38,821 bases of DNA from Euglena gracilis (GCA_039621445.1 CP154954.1:18196589-18235409), one strand, 5' to 3'. Counted from the first letter of the stretch, positions 1 through 11,253 are shown. The notes: generated by a model not told the origin, from the sequence alone. Numbers and translations are program-made.

Positions 1-245
1 CTAGCTCGAGTGAGCACTTTGAGGGGGCCCAGGTCCCATATTTGGGGTCATCTATGCGTGTGTCTGCGTGCGTTTGCATGACAGGAATGGCCCATCCCAC
101 ATTAATGTCCGCCCTCCTACAGGGTATCACTGCGGACTACCTCAGAAGGCACAGTCACATGGTGAGGTCGTGGCCCAGCACGATGCTTGGTGGAAGACCG
201 GCACATGGTGTTTGGCATTATTATTCAACCGAATGATGAAACTTT

Positions 246-700
246 GGGGGTGGTGCGGGTCACGGGGGGGTCACGGGGGGGGGGGGTCACGGGGGGGTCA
301 CGGGGGAAATATGCCACTTTGGAGGTAGTCGGGGGTAGCATCCATCATGTTGCATCCCATCACGAGAAGGGCGGCACGCATCCAAAAAATCGGTGATTCT
401 CAGGCCCAAAAAGTGGTCATTTTGAATCAGTTTTGGGCAATTTTTGAACACAAAAAAAAAACGCTTTTTTGGACCGAAAATGGTCATTTTGGGGTAATTT
501 TTTATGTCTGAAATTGGTCATTTTTTTCATTTTTGAAAGGGAATTTTGTTAGGATTTTCTTGACCATCACATTTTTTGGGATTCATTTTGGGCCATTTTT
601 TGACAAATTCTGTTTTGGGTATGGAAAAGCACCAATTTTTGGCACTTTTTTTAGGGGACAAGATTTTTGGCCATTTTTGGTGTGAAGGTGCGTTGGGCGT
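246..700. mobile_element. Left part of a GGGTCACG-repeat non-autonomous element (family H, Harbinger-like)
   Basis: Starts GGGGGTGGTGC followed by (GGGTCACGG)n. 246-355 and 510-700 are inverted homologues of 23880-23996 and 23690-23872. Right end not identified. Confidence 0.6.
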
Positions 701-1011
701 TGGGTGCCAAAAAGGGGTTTGGTTGTCCAAATGGAAGGTGGGGTGAGGACAATTCTTTTCTGTTTTTTTGGGGGGTGATCTTCCACACAAATCTCATGTC
801 CCCTCCCCCCTTCTTGCCATGAAATTCTTTCCTACTTGCACAATATCCTCTTTTGCCAATGGACATATTTTGGGCCAAATTGACACAAATAAAAAAAATT
901 AAATTCCTACACCAAAAAAGCGCCCTTGTTTGGGTCGAAAATTTTTTCACCTCAAATCTTGGCATTTCCTTCCATTTTTTGACCATGTGAAAGCAAATTT
1001 TCGCTGGTTTC

Positions 1012-1176
1012 TGATACGAAAATTGTGTCCAGAACGCCGGTTCGGGCGTGAAGCCGTGTTCCAGAACGAACGGGCGGCAGCCCGAACCGGCGTTCTGGAA
1101 CACGGCTTCACGCCCGAACCGGCGTTCTGGACACAGTTGTTGAAACCGTGTATTAGGGGCTCTGGCTTCCCGCCCG
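1012..1176 (+). mobile_element. Hairpin end of family P element (copy P1)
   Basis: TTTC (1008-1011), then TGATACGAA, then a palindrome AATTGTGTCC...GGACACAGTT (1021-1138), then TTGAAACCGTG. Homologous to 5897-6090. Far end not identified. Confidence 0.75.
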
Positions 1177-1229
1177 TTCATGGACGCATGGTCATTTGTG
1201 TTGTGACTCCTCTATGCAGATTTCTTCTA

Positions 1230-2438
1230 AATGAACGCCGGTCAGGTTGCTACCGTTTGCACCAGTGCACTGCCCCAACCCCCCACACCAGCTGAATTCT
1301 TTGCTGGCCTTGAGGCTGCCGACGCACCTCGGAAAACAGCAGAAGGCCATAAAAAAAATTTTTGGGGATACGTTTGTCGACAGTTGCCCCACTGGTGGAT
1401 TGGCAAAAAACAAAATAGTGGCTCTTGCAGTTGCGCGGGATTTCCAAAAGGTTTGCGAACTACGTGGGGCAACGTTTGACTTTCTGGATGACTGGCTGGT
1501 GGCATTTGCCTTCTGGACGGTAAAAGTCACGTGCCTTTTTGATCACGGTGACGAGAAGCAACAGGCAGCCGCCGTCCAGCGAAACAAAAACCAAAACAAA
1601 AAGCGTAACAGTGCAATCAACAGAATGCCAAGCAACCGCTCCGGGAGCAGCTTATGCTGCCCCGTGACAACCCCAAAATTTGTGGGGTGGAGACATGGCA
1701 GCGGCAACTGGCACTGCTGCCAGATGCCGCTAATCCCTCCTTACCATTCTGGTGCTCCTGCAAAATTATCTGCAAAATTCCGGTCCCGTCAAGGCATAGT
1801 GGGCCGGCCTGTTTTTTTTGACGTTGTTTTGTTTTGTTTTTTTAATTTTAACAATGTTTTTTTTAAAAAAAACAAAAAAACGCCCACTAGGTTTTGCATG
1901 GAAAATTTTTTGAATGAACATTTTCAATCATTTTTGGCAATTTCTGGGTAATTTCTGCCAAAAACTTCCTTCCACAAAAATGAAAAAAAAGTCATAAAAT
2001 TCCATTTTTGTTGCATTTTGGATGTTTTTGACCATTTTTGGCAGTTTTTGAACTGAGTAGGATTCAAAATATGGTTTGGGTGTTTCATAACGAGTTTTTT
2101 CAATGAAATTTTCCTTTTGTTTTTTTTGATGTTTTTTTTTACTGTTTTTTTTTAAAAAAAAAAAAAAAAATGCCCACTATGCGTCAAGGCAACTTATGCA
2201 ACGTTTCCTGGGGCAGCCAATTGGGCGCGGGACGTGCTTGACCGGCCAAATTGTCTTCAAGGATCTGGCCCGCCGTCCGGTGGTGTCTGCTTTGGTGGAC
2301 GAGTTGGGGTCGCATCGGGCGGCAAAGGCTGTGGGCATGTGCCCACGCAATACGGAAAAGTATTATCGTGCTCCCCAAGACGACATTTGTCGTCAGGCAG
2401 CGCAAGCTCTCCAAAACGTGTACATTTTTACATTTTAA
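1230..2438 (+). pseudogene. Degenerate tyrosine recombinase, Crypton/DUF3504-like (frameshifted, MITE-interrupted)
   Basis: Motifs occur in the expected order across frames: VARDFQKVCELRGATFDF (catalytic Arg box), RNKNQ (Lys loop), DNPKICGVETWQRQLALLP...PFW (read from 1621; CPV...YL..P-like), QPIGRGT, FKDLARRPVVSAL (HxLR-like box) and AVGMCPRNTEKYY (GH...Y-like box). Removing 1795-2181 plus one TSD restores the frame (KIPVPSRQLMQRF). The start is approximate and the assignment is from motif recall. Confidence 0.65.
1795..2181. mobile_element. hAT-like MITE
   Basis: TIR CATAGTGGGC / GCCCACTATG; perfect 8-bp TSD CGTCAAGG (1787-1794, 2182-2189); A/T-tract interior. Confidence 0.9.
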
Positions 2439-2954
2439 TTTCACCTCGCATACACGTATTCCTTTAGCAGAGGCGGCTGCCCACGGACATTCCCAGTTCT
2501 ACCCGAACCTTATTGACGCCGAAGAAAGAAAGAAGAGCCACGGGTTGTGGAACTGTTGGACAGTTCGGATGACGAGGTTTTGCAGATTCACCAGCTTGAA
2601 AATTCATTTTCCACTCACTCGAGGTCATTGTGGACGGCGGTGTTGCACCACCTGTCCCACTTCCCAAAGAGGATCCCCTGCCGGCTAAGCATCTCCAATG
2701 CTCCAGCGGTGAAGCCAGAGGAGGTAAAAATCCCGTTTGACGGCAGTTTTACACTACTGTCTTCAGGAGCCGGCTGACCAGAGGCTGACAATCGACGACC
2801 TGTCGCATTACAGGCAACAATTAGCTAAAAATAAATTCGAATATAACGCCTTCGCGTTCTCTGAGCAGGGTCGTTTATAATTTGTCTCAATTTTCCCCCA
2901 CCCCGCACCTCCCTGTTAAAATAAACTGTCCCTGTTTTCGCCCTTCCAACGCCG

Positions 2955-3610
2955 CCAACACAGAAGGGATTTTGTTATTTGAGGCTCGGATTGGGGTGGA
3001 GGGGGGAGTTTTCTGCCTCTCGTGATACAGAATGCTTGCATTCCTGAAGGATTTTCATGTAATCCCTGTTTCATCAGTGGTTTTTTACCCCTCCGGACCC
3101 CCATCAAGGGCCCACCGACCCCCCCACTGACCAAAGATTTCCATCTTGGGGTGTTTATTTAGGCGTGGGACACTTATTTGGACCCATCCGGACCATTGAA
3201 TTTTCAATATAAGTCAAATTTGCACAAAAAAAGGACTTATCAAGCCAAGTCTATTGCCAACATAGAAGGGATTTTGTTATTTGAGGGGGGGGTGCGGGGG
3301 GGGGGGGCGGAGCCCCCCCCGCCTATGCCAAAGTGAGCCACAAAAACGACTTAGCCCCCGAGTATGTTGCCAACACAGAAGGGATTTTGTTATTTGAGGC
3401 TCGGATTGGGGTGGAGGGGGGAGTTTTCTGCCTCTCGTGATACAGAATGCTTGCATTCCTGAAGGATTTTCATGTAATCCCTGTTTCATCAGTGGTTTTT
3501 TACCCCTCCGGACCCCCATCAAGGGCCCACCGACCCCCCACTGACCAAAGATTTCCATCTGGGGGTGTTTATTTAGGCGTAAGACACCTATTTGGACCCA
3601 TCCGGACCAT
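2955..3610 (+). repeat. ~245-bp direct duplication (2955-3197 and 3368-3610)
   Basis: Two near-identical blocks beginning CCAACACAGAAGGGATTTTGTTATTTGAGG. This motif is the reverse complement of the MULE-internal satellite motif. Confidence 0.85.
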
Positions 3611-3644
3611 TTCCGGGTGATTTGGGCCCGCCACAGACCATTTT

Positions 3645-3885
3645 TATGACCGCCGACTAGCCACCGACTAGTTTGCATTGGATTTTGTTCATGGGGGGGG
3701 CTTAAAAGTCGGCGGTTTTGACCCGTTAGTACATTAGAGTGGGTAGTCGGCCGACTAGTTGGCCGACTACGCACTACCCCCCCCCCCCATGTCTCGCCGA
3801 CCAGCTACCGACTAGGCCTAGTCGGCGGACCAATTGGGTAGTCGGCCGACTAGTCGGCCGACTACCCACTACCCCCCCCCCCCAG
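3645..3885. repeat. Palindromic TAGTCGGCCGACTA array, probable MULE-like TIR remnant
   Basis: Repeated palindromes ending in CCCACTACCCCCCCCCCAG, as in the ends of the 9-bp-TSD elements at ~12520 and ~16180. Confidence 0.55.
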
Positions 3886-3984
3886 TCTACCGCCTTGCGC
3901 CCAACGCCGCCAACTGCGGCGTTGCCCGTCGACTTGTCCAACGCTCCGAACCCCTTCCGCCCCCAGCCGGGATTTTTGGGCTTC

Positions 3985-4225
3985 GGCGCTTCGGCGCCAA
4001 AAGAAATGGCCACTTCAAGGGGGGTAAACCAAAGTTGCCAAAAATTATCCACACCGAGGGGGGGACACTTTGAGGGGGGGGGTGAGGGTGCCCACAACGT
4101 TGCACATAGCCGGAGAGAGATATGCTCGCGATCGTCGGATGAGACAAGAACAGAGTCGAAATTCGTGGTCATTTCTGGCACTGCTTTATTTGAGAAACAC
4201 ATTGAACAATACAATAAATATTCTT
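3985..4225 (+). repeat. Dispersed repeat family D
   Basis: Direct homologue at ~20805-21035; more diverged inverted relatives at ~28080-28220 and ~29640-29830. Confidence 0.8.
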
Positions 4226-4231
4226 TTTCTT

Positions 4232-4475
4232 CTGGCCAGTTTTGGGCCAAAGGTGCTGGCCAGTTTTGGGCCAGATGTGATGGACACTTTTGCAAATGGA
4301 GAATGCCACGGGGGTTGGCCAGCTCTGGGCCACAGGTGGTGGTCAATTTTGTGCCACGTGTGGTGGCCATTTTGGGCCAGAGATGGTGGCCACTTTTGCA
4401 CCACAGGTGGTGGCCACTTTTGGGCTAGAGACGGTGGCCAGTTTGGGGCCAGAGATGGTGGCAAGTTTTTGGGCA
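4232..4475 (+). repeat. ~23-bp minisatellite (GTGGTGGCCAGTTTTGGGCCAGA)
   Basis: About 9-10 diverged units; a shorter array of the same unit lies at 10160-10240. Confidence 0.8.
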
Positions 4476-4987
4476 TAGAAAGGGAGGGCAACCATTTAGG
4501 GACAGTGTAGTTTCTATCGAGTCAGCAGACGCTTGCTTGCTTGTTGCCATCGACTGAGAAACGCGGGGTCCATGAATGACGGGGCAGCATTAATGAATGC
4601 TCTACTGGTCTCCCCGTAACATTTTGGACAAAACCGATGTAAATAATTCCCTGGGTTTCTGACTGACAAGGATAAATGTCTGTTTTTTACGATTGAGAAA
4701 TGTCCTCCTTTTTGACGACTGGAATGTTGTAATGCGTAATTATACTGTCGGTAATAAACACAGAATGCAAAATACCATTACTCCCCCTTTAACGACCCCC
4801 CCCCTAAATGACCCTCCGGGGTGGGGGCCCAGACAATGGAAATTTTTTCAAGAAAAAAGTCTTCAAAAACCACCGATCTTTTTGAAATTTTTAGAAAAGG
4901 GAGTTTTCCTTCTGGTAGAAATGGTGCCAGAGAACACAAATTTCACAAAAAAAAGTTCCGAAAAAATGGGGGTAGGGGGGTATCCAA

Positions 4988-5692
4988 GGGGGCGGACGGA
5001 CGGACGGACGAACGGCTGGTGAAAAAAGCGAAGGTCCGGACGGACGGCTGACCTTGTGGGCTTGGTCCAGACGGCTGAAGAAAATGCACTTGGTCCAGCT
5101 AGCCGGCTGGCCGGCTGGCCGGCTAGCCGACCGGGTCTTTGGAACCGCAGGCGTAAACCACAATCGCGTAGATCGCCAACCGGAAGTAACGGTCCAGATC
5201 TGGGTTCCACACAACATGTCAGATCTACAGTACGATGTCCGCTGAGCCGCCCCGTACTGCAAGGTTCGTATCAGAGGTGATGCACGGGCCTATTTCTGTG
5301 GTATTTATCATTCAACCTCAAGATGATTATTTCCAAGTGGCTACAGTGACCTCCTTGCGTACTCAACTCATCCTCCGAGAATGATATCACCCCCCGTGGT
5401 ATAGCGGTCGTGTGGTTAGCGTGTGACCGGTAGATCGCGGGTTCGAATCCCGCCGGGGGGCAGCTTCGTGTTTTTCCTAATTTGACGCGACGAGTAGAGG
5501 GAAGCTGTGACTGCTTTTCGGAAAGGAAGGAAATTTTTTTTTTGGTCCGGCCGGCTGGCAAGACAGACATTGGTCCGGCTTGACGGACGGCTGGCGAAAA
5601 AATGCTTCGTCCGGACGGACGGCTGGGCGTCCAGCATTGGTCCAGCTGAAGAGGTCCGGACGGCTCGGACGGCTAGCCGGCCAGCCGCCCCC
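4988..5692 (+). mobile_element. Family A non-autonomous TIR element (copy A1) with tRNA-like cargo; Harbinger-like
   Basis: Ends GGGGGCGG / CCGCCCCC with subterminal (GGAC)n. Near-identical to 16398-17079. TSD probably AAG (ambiguous by one G of the homopolymer). Confidence 0.85.
5390..5461 (+). pseudogene. tRNA-like sequence (degenerate anticodon arm) inside element A1
   Basis: Acceptor stem CCCCCCG/CGGGGGG, A-box-like TGGTATAGCGG, T arm GCGGG-TTCGAAT-CCCGC, 72 nt. The anticodon stem pairs poorly, so no isotype is assigned. Confidence 0.7.
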
Positions 5693-6479
5693 AAGCCCCT
5701 TTTTTCGACCCCCCCCCCTTAGTGACCCCCCCCTAAGTGACCCTTCGGGGGGGTCCTGGCCGAGACAAGATGGGGGTCATTTGGGGGGGGGGTAATTGTA
5801 ATTCCCGTTCCTTTCCGAGTGTCCATTGTTTGACATATCGCATGATGGCTGAGAAGTGAAAACTTTGGAGGGGTTCAAGTTACAAGAGCTGGTATCTATA
5901 TCGAGAATTGTGTCCCAAACGCCAGTTCGGATGTGAAACCTGTGCCTGGGACGTCGGTTCCGGGGTTACCGCCCGGTAGCCCGGTAGCCCGAACCGGCGT
6001 CCCAGGCACATGTTTCACGCCCGAACCGGCGTCTGGGACACAGTTTTTGAAACCGTGGCTAGTGGGCTCCGGTTTCATGCCCGAACCGGCGGCTGAGGAA
6101 TCACGGCCAATTTCGCCCAAAATACCCATGTTTGGGGCAGTTTTGGGCTACTTTGGCCCAAATGGGCCGCCGGTCAAAAATGGCAGATTACACACTTATG
6201 AAGCCATGTTACCCATTAATCGAAAGCTCTTCTCAAGGGCTTTCGACAGATGGCCATAGGATTCGGCGGCTCCCGGACCTGGCCTGGGGGGGGGGGTAGT
6301 GGGCCGACCCTAGGGTCGGCCCAATACGACCCCAGGGTCGCTAGGGTCGCTAAAGTCGTTAAGGTCGACCCCCCCCCACAGGATGTGGAGTCTAGGGTCG
6401 GCCCACCCCACGACCTCGCCCGCCCCAAAAAAAATGTGGAGAATATTTTTTACCCATTTGAACAGGAATTGAAGTTGGA

Positions 6480-7654
6480 CTTGATGTCGTTTTGGGGGGC
6501 AAGTCCCTTGTGTTTTCAAATTGTTTTGGGGGGCAAATCCCTTGTGTTGTCCAACCGATCGAGCTCCCCAAAATAATAAAATCCCTTGTGTCTCCAAGTT
6601 GTTTTGGGGGGCAAGTCCCTTGTGTTTTCAAATCGTTTTGGGGGGCAAATCCCTTGTGTTGTCCAACTGATCGAGGGCCCGAAAATAGTAAAATCCCTTG
6701 TGTCTCCAAGTGCCTTGTGTTCAAGTTGTTTCGGGAGGCAAATCCCTTGTATTGTTCGACCGATCGAGGGCCCCAAAAAAATAAAATCCCTTGTGTCTCC
6801 AAGTCGTTTTGGGGGGCAAGTCCCTTGTTTTTTCAAATCGTTTTGTGGGCAAAATCCCTTGTGTTTCCAACTGATCGAGGGCCCCAAAATAATAAAATCC
6901 CTTGTGTCTCCAAGTCGTTTTGGGGGGCAAGTCCCTTGTGTTTTCAAATCGTTTTGGGGGGCAAATCCCTTGTGTTGTCCAACTGATCGAGGGCCCCAAA
7001 ATAATAAAATCCCTTGTGTCTCCAAGTCGTTTTGGGGGGCAAGTCCCTTGTGTTTCCAAGTTGTTTTGGGGGGCAAATCCCTTGTGTTGTTCAACCGATC
7101 GAGCTCCCCAAAATAATAAAATCCCTTGTGTCTCCAAGTCGTTTTGGGGGGCAAGTCCCTTGTGTTTTCAAATCGTTTTGTGGGGCAAATCCCTCGTGTT
7201 TCCAACTGATCGAGGGCCCCAAAATAATAAAATCCCTTGTGTCTCCAAGTCGTTTTGGGGGGCAAGTCCCTTGTGTTTTCAAATCGTTTTGGGGGGCAAA
7301 TCCCTTGTGTTGTCCAACTGATCGAGGGCCCGAAAATAGTAAAATCCCTTGTGTCTCCAAGTCGGTTTGGGGGGCAAGTCCCTGGTGTTTCCAAGTTGTT
7401 TTGGGGGGCAAATCCCTTGTGTTGTTCAACCGATCGAGCTCCCCAAAATAATAAAATCCCTTGTGTCTCCAAGTGCCTTGTGTTTTCAAGTCGTTTTGGG
7501 GGGCAAATCCCTTGTGTTGTCCAACTGATCGAGGGCCCCAAAATAATAAAATCCCTTGTGTCTCCAAGTGGTTTTGGGGGGCAAATCCCTTGTGTTTCCA
7601 AGTTGTTTTGGGGGGCAAATCCCTTGTGTTGTTCAACCGATCGAGGGCCCCAAA
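6480..7654 (+). repeat. Satellite: AAATCCCTTGTG subunits in a ~110-bp higher-order repeat
   Basis: CCCAAAATAATAAAATCCCTTGTGTCTCCAAGT recurs about every 110 bp. The array resumes at 10979-11253 and 11928-12222 after two insertions. Confidence 0.95.
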
Positions 7655-8019
7655 GGAGGCGGACGGACGGACGGACGGACGGCTGGTGAAAAAAGCGAAG
7701 GTCCGGACGGACGGCTGACCTTGTGGGCTTGGTCCAGACGGCTGAAGAAAATGCACTTGGTCCAGCTAGCCGGCTAGCCGGCTGGCCGGCTGGCCGGCCC
7801 GAGTCTTTGTAAGCGCAGGCGTCTCAGTGCACGCGACTTTGGAGCTGGGGTGCTGCTAGCCTGGCCACATCTGGCTAGCCGCGGCCAGCCGCGGCTGGCT
7901 GGCAAAAAAAAAGGAGGAGGTCTGGCCAGCCAAGATTTGGTGTTCTGTCCCGAAACTTTCTTCCGCTTCATTTTGTTGGACTAGTCCTTTTTTTCTTTTG
8001 ATATTGAGAAGTGTATCGT

Positions 8020-8090
8020 GCACACAGTGTAGTTGGTGCAGCATGCAGTTCGGAACTGTCAGGTCGCGGGTTCAAACCCCGCTGTGTGCA
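8020..8090 (+). pseudogene. tRNA-like sequence, possible Pro(CGG) origin, inside element A3
   Basis: Acceptor stem GCACACA/TGTGTGC+A, T arm GCGGG-TTCAAAC-CCCGC, anticodon loop TTCGGAA closed by GCAG/CTGT; irregular D arm. Confidence 0.65.
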
Positions 8091-8592
8091 ACAAGTTTTC
8101 CTCACTTGAAACCGCCATCTACTGTCATTTTTTTGAAGAAATTATGAATCACCCTCACGCAAAAAAATGCTTGCATTCCCAATTCTTCTCCTTCAGTGTC
8201 ACAATGCCGTTTCGGGTGGAAGCGGTGTGGGATAGTTATGATGAAAGTACAGGGTACTGAAATGAAGTGAAAATACAGGAACTTATTGCTTTATGGAAAG
8301 AGGGCCAACATCACCACATGCAGGCCACTCAGGCCTTTGCTCTGAACAAATCCACATTCGATCGAGCAGAGGCCTGCCTGCAACACGGTGACAGGCCCTT
8401 GGTGGGTCTACTTGTTTTCTGCTTGGTACTTGCTACTTGCATCACAAGTTTCAAGTCTGAAGACAGATTTCACAGACATTTTGTCCTTAGATGCTGGTTT
8501 TCTTCTGAAACTTCAATTTTTATTTCTTGCGTTCTTTATTTGCTGTTCGACAAATGTTGTTGGAAACCAAAAAATTGGGGGAGAAGTTTTTC

Positions 8593-10100
8593 TATACACA
8601 AATTGTGGCTGAGCCCAGATTTGAGCCTGAAAACGTGTTCAGCCAGGGGCCCCCGAAGGGGGCCCCTGAACACGTTTTCAGGCTGAAATCTGGGCTCAGC
8701 CACAATTTGTTTAAAAACGTTTTCAGAGCCCGCCAAATGCCTGCCCTGAAATTCGTGGTCATGATTTACGCAAGGGGTCAAAAACGCCAATTTGTGAAAT
8801 TCGGACCCAAAAAACGGCGCCCTCACTGAAAACGTGCCTGAACCCGGATGCCTTCACTGAAAACGTGTCATTGACACAAATGCCCTCACTGAAAACGTGC
8901 CTGAACCCGGATGCCTTCACTGAAAACGTGTCATTGCCACAAATGCCCTCACTGAAAACGTGTCACCCCCCCCTTTTTTTTCTTTTTTTCTTTTTTCCCG
9001 CAGCCCTGCCAATATGGCCAAACGCACGGCAAACTTTGTGAATGGTCTTTTGCCACCTCCCCCTAGGACGGACCCCCTTCATGGCACCTTGCTGGCACAG
9101 GGCAACACAAAGAAAAAGTCCGGCTCCGTAGGTGCAGAGCTTGCTGCTGTTGCCAACTGTTTGGAGTTCGCCAAACTGTGTCAACATCGGCAAGCCTCTT
9201 ATCCTGAGCTGGATGCTTTCTTGTTGCCTGGACGGGATGGGAGCTGGAACCCAGCCTGTTGTTCGATGAGGCGAGCGTCATCGAACAGTGTGTGGTCCCC
9301 TGACCAACCCCCTGTGCCTCGTGCTGTGTCCCGACTGCCAATAAAACACGAGAAATGTGGTTTTTGTGGTGTTGCCATTCCCAAAAATCCAAATTGTGTG
9401 GAGCTGAACAAAGTTGTCTGTGACGCCAAACAAACAAAGTTGTCTGTGAACAAAGTTGTCTGTGATTGGCATATCATTTTCATTGCCAAGATTTGGCAAA
9501 AGAGCCAAAGTATGGCTCTTTTGTGTCAAGAAACTGTGTTCGGGCCAAGACTTAGGGGGAGCCCAGGGGCGGGGACCGCGACGCCGAAGGCGCCGCGGTC
9601 GCCCCTGGCCCCCCCTAAAACCTTGGCCCAAAACACTGTTCTTGTTTGAAACCGTGTTTTGGGCGAAGATTTAAGACTTTTAAAGTCTCGAAATCGGCCC
9701 AAACACGGTTTCTTTGTGTAAAGCGTGTCGTGTGCCGTGATGTCCGCCACTCTGTTTCGTTGTGCTCCAAGGCAACCTAGCCTTCTGTTGTGTTGTAGAG
9801 TGCCCCCGACCCGCCTCACTCGTTGAGGACCACCCGGCCTCGCAACCACACGCCGATTTTTCATGATAGTGTTTTTTGCTTTTTACTCAGGGTTGCCACA
9901 GATGCCCTCACTGAAAACGTGCCTGAACCCGGATGCCTTCACTGAAAACGTGTCATTGACACAAATGCCCTCATTGAAAACGTGCCTGAACCCGGATGCC
10001 TTCACTGAAAACGTGTCATTGCCACAACTGCCCTCATTGAAAACGTGTTCATGACCACGAATTTCAGGGCAGGCATTTGGCGGGCTGAACACGTTTTTAA
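8593..10100 (+). mobile_element. Family B hairpin/asymmetric-IR element (copy B1)
   Basis: TTTC|TATACACA, then a palindrome at 8601-8707. IR TTAAAAACGT...GTGGTCATGA (8711-8764) pairs with 10049-10100. Internal ATGCCCTCACTGAAAACGTG tandem repeats at 8820-8960 and 9895-10048. Confidence 0.8.
9013..9297 (+). other. Coding-like fragment carried in family B (unknown protein)
   Basis: Reads MAKRTANFVNGLLPPPP / LLAQGNTKKKSGSVGAELA..ANCLEFAKLCQHRQASYPELD. Copies at 31866-32075 (+) and ~30640-30760 (-). Confidence 0.4.
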
Positions 10101-11253
10101 TCTGGCAAACGGCCCAAAATTTTGCATTTCACATTTTTTGCGATGTCATGGTTTTTTTTTTGGGCCGGATGTGGTGGCCAGTTTTGGGCCAGATGTTCTA
10201 TCCAGTTTTGGGCTAGATGTGGTGGCCAGTTTTGGGCCACAGGATTCTCTCAGGAAGGAGTTGTTTGGGTGCCATTCTCTTGGAAAGGGGGGGCAGAAAA
10301 GCGTTTTGTTTCCGTTTTTTTTTTTTGGCAAAATATGTGTTGTTCAACGAGAAAAATGTCAGTAAAATTTGACTGTGCCAAAAGTTTGTTTACTTTATTG
10401 ACCTTCGTTTATTTCACCTCCTCAAAAATATGAGTTTTTAGGACGGAAAATTTTGAGGTTTTTTGTGAAAAAAGTTTTTTTCCATCAAAAATCACGTGTT
10501 TTTGGGTTTTATTTTTCAAAAAACTTTTCTGGGCAAAATCCCCGTTTTCCCGAAAACGGTGAAAATGTTGTGGTGGGTGTGGGGGGGGGGGTCGACTTAC
10601 CCCCCCTTCCGGTTCTTCCGGCGCAGTCTTTTGGTGCTGCCGTCATATGTTGAAGAAATGTTCATCCACCCGAAAAATAAATAGCATTGGACTCCGTGCA
10701 GGCGCACTCACGGCAATGCTGGAGCGTGCACAACAGGAAAAACCGAAGGGCAGGGACAATTTCTTGATTTGACGCGACGAGTGGAGGGAAGACGTGACTG
10801 CTTTTCGGAAGGAAGGAAATTTTTTTTTTGGTCCGGCCGGCTGGCAAGAAAAACATTGGTCCGGCTTGACGGACGGCTGGCGAAAAAATGCTTCGTCCGG
10901 ACGGACGGCTGGGCGTCCACCATTGGTCCGGCTGAAGAGGTCCGGACGGCTCGGACGGCTAGCCGGCCAGCCGCCCCCAAAATAATAAAATCCCTTGTGT
11001 CTCCAAGTCGTTTTGGGGGGCAAGTCCCTTGTGTTTCCAAGTTGTTTTGGGGGGCAAATCCCTTGTGTTGTTCAACCGATTGAGGGCCCCAAAATAATAA
11101 AATCCCTTGTGTCTCCAAGTCGTTTTGGGGGGCAAGTCCCTGGTGTTTCCAAGTCGTTTTGGGGGGCAAATTGTTGTCCAACTGATCGAGGGCCCAAAAA
11201 TAATAAAACCCCTTGTGTCTCCAAGTCGTTTTGGGGGGCAAATCCCTTGTGTT

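Larger units (their letters stand above)
4775..5798. mobile_element. TA-flanked (Tc1/mariner-like) MITE containing element A1
   Basis: Imperfect TIR CCATTACTCCCCCTTTAACGACCCC / GGGGTCATTTGGGGGGGGGGTAATTG with TA on both sides; internal CCCCTAA(A/G)TGACCC motifs resemble 15703-15924. Confidence 0.6.
7655..10978 (+). mobile_element. Family A element (copy A3) with a different interior
   Basis: Same ~140-bp left end and ~215-bp right end as A1/A2. Inserted in the satellite with a 3-bp TSD AAA; removal restores the satellite unit CCCCAAAATAATAA. Confidence 0.85.

Noticed and set aside
4993-5050. (GGAC)n/(GTCC)n microsatellite suggesting a DINE-1/Helentron identity for family A
   Set aside because: Family A has true terminal IRs and 3-bp TSDs (ACA, AAA), unlike rolling-circle elements.
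5390-5461. Functional tRNA gene
   Set aside because: The anticodon stem is mostly mispaired, there is no U at position 33, and it is embedded in a repeated TIR element. Kept only as tRNA-like.
6480-7654. CRISPR-like appearance of regularly spaced repeats (also 8820-8960 and 27885-28075)
   Set aside because: The intervening sequences are themselves repeated rather than unique spacers, and there are no cas-like genes.
6392-7777. Long overlapping ORFs (up to 361 aa) on both strands
   Set aside because: They are translations of the AAATCCCTTGTG satellite.
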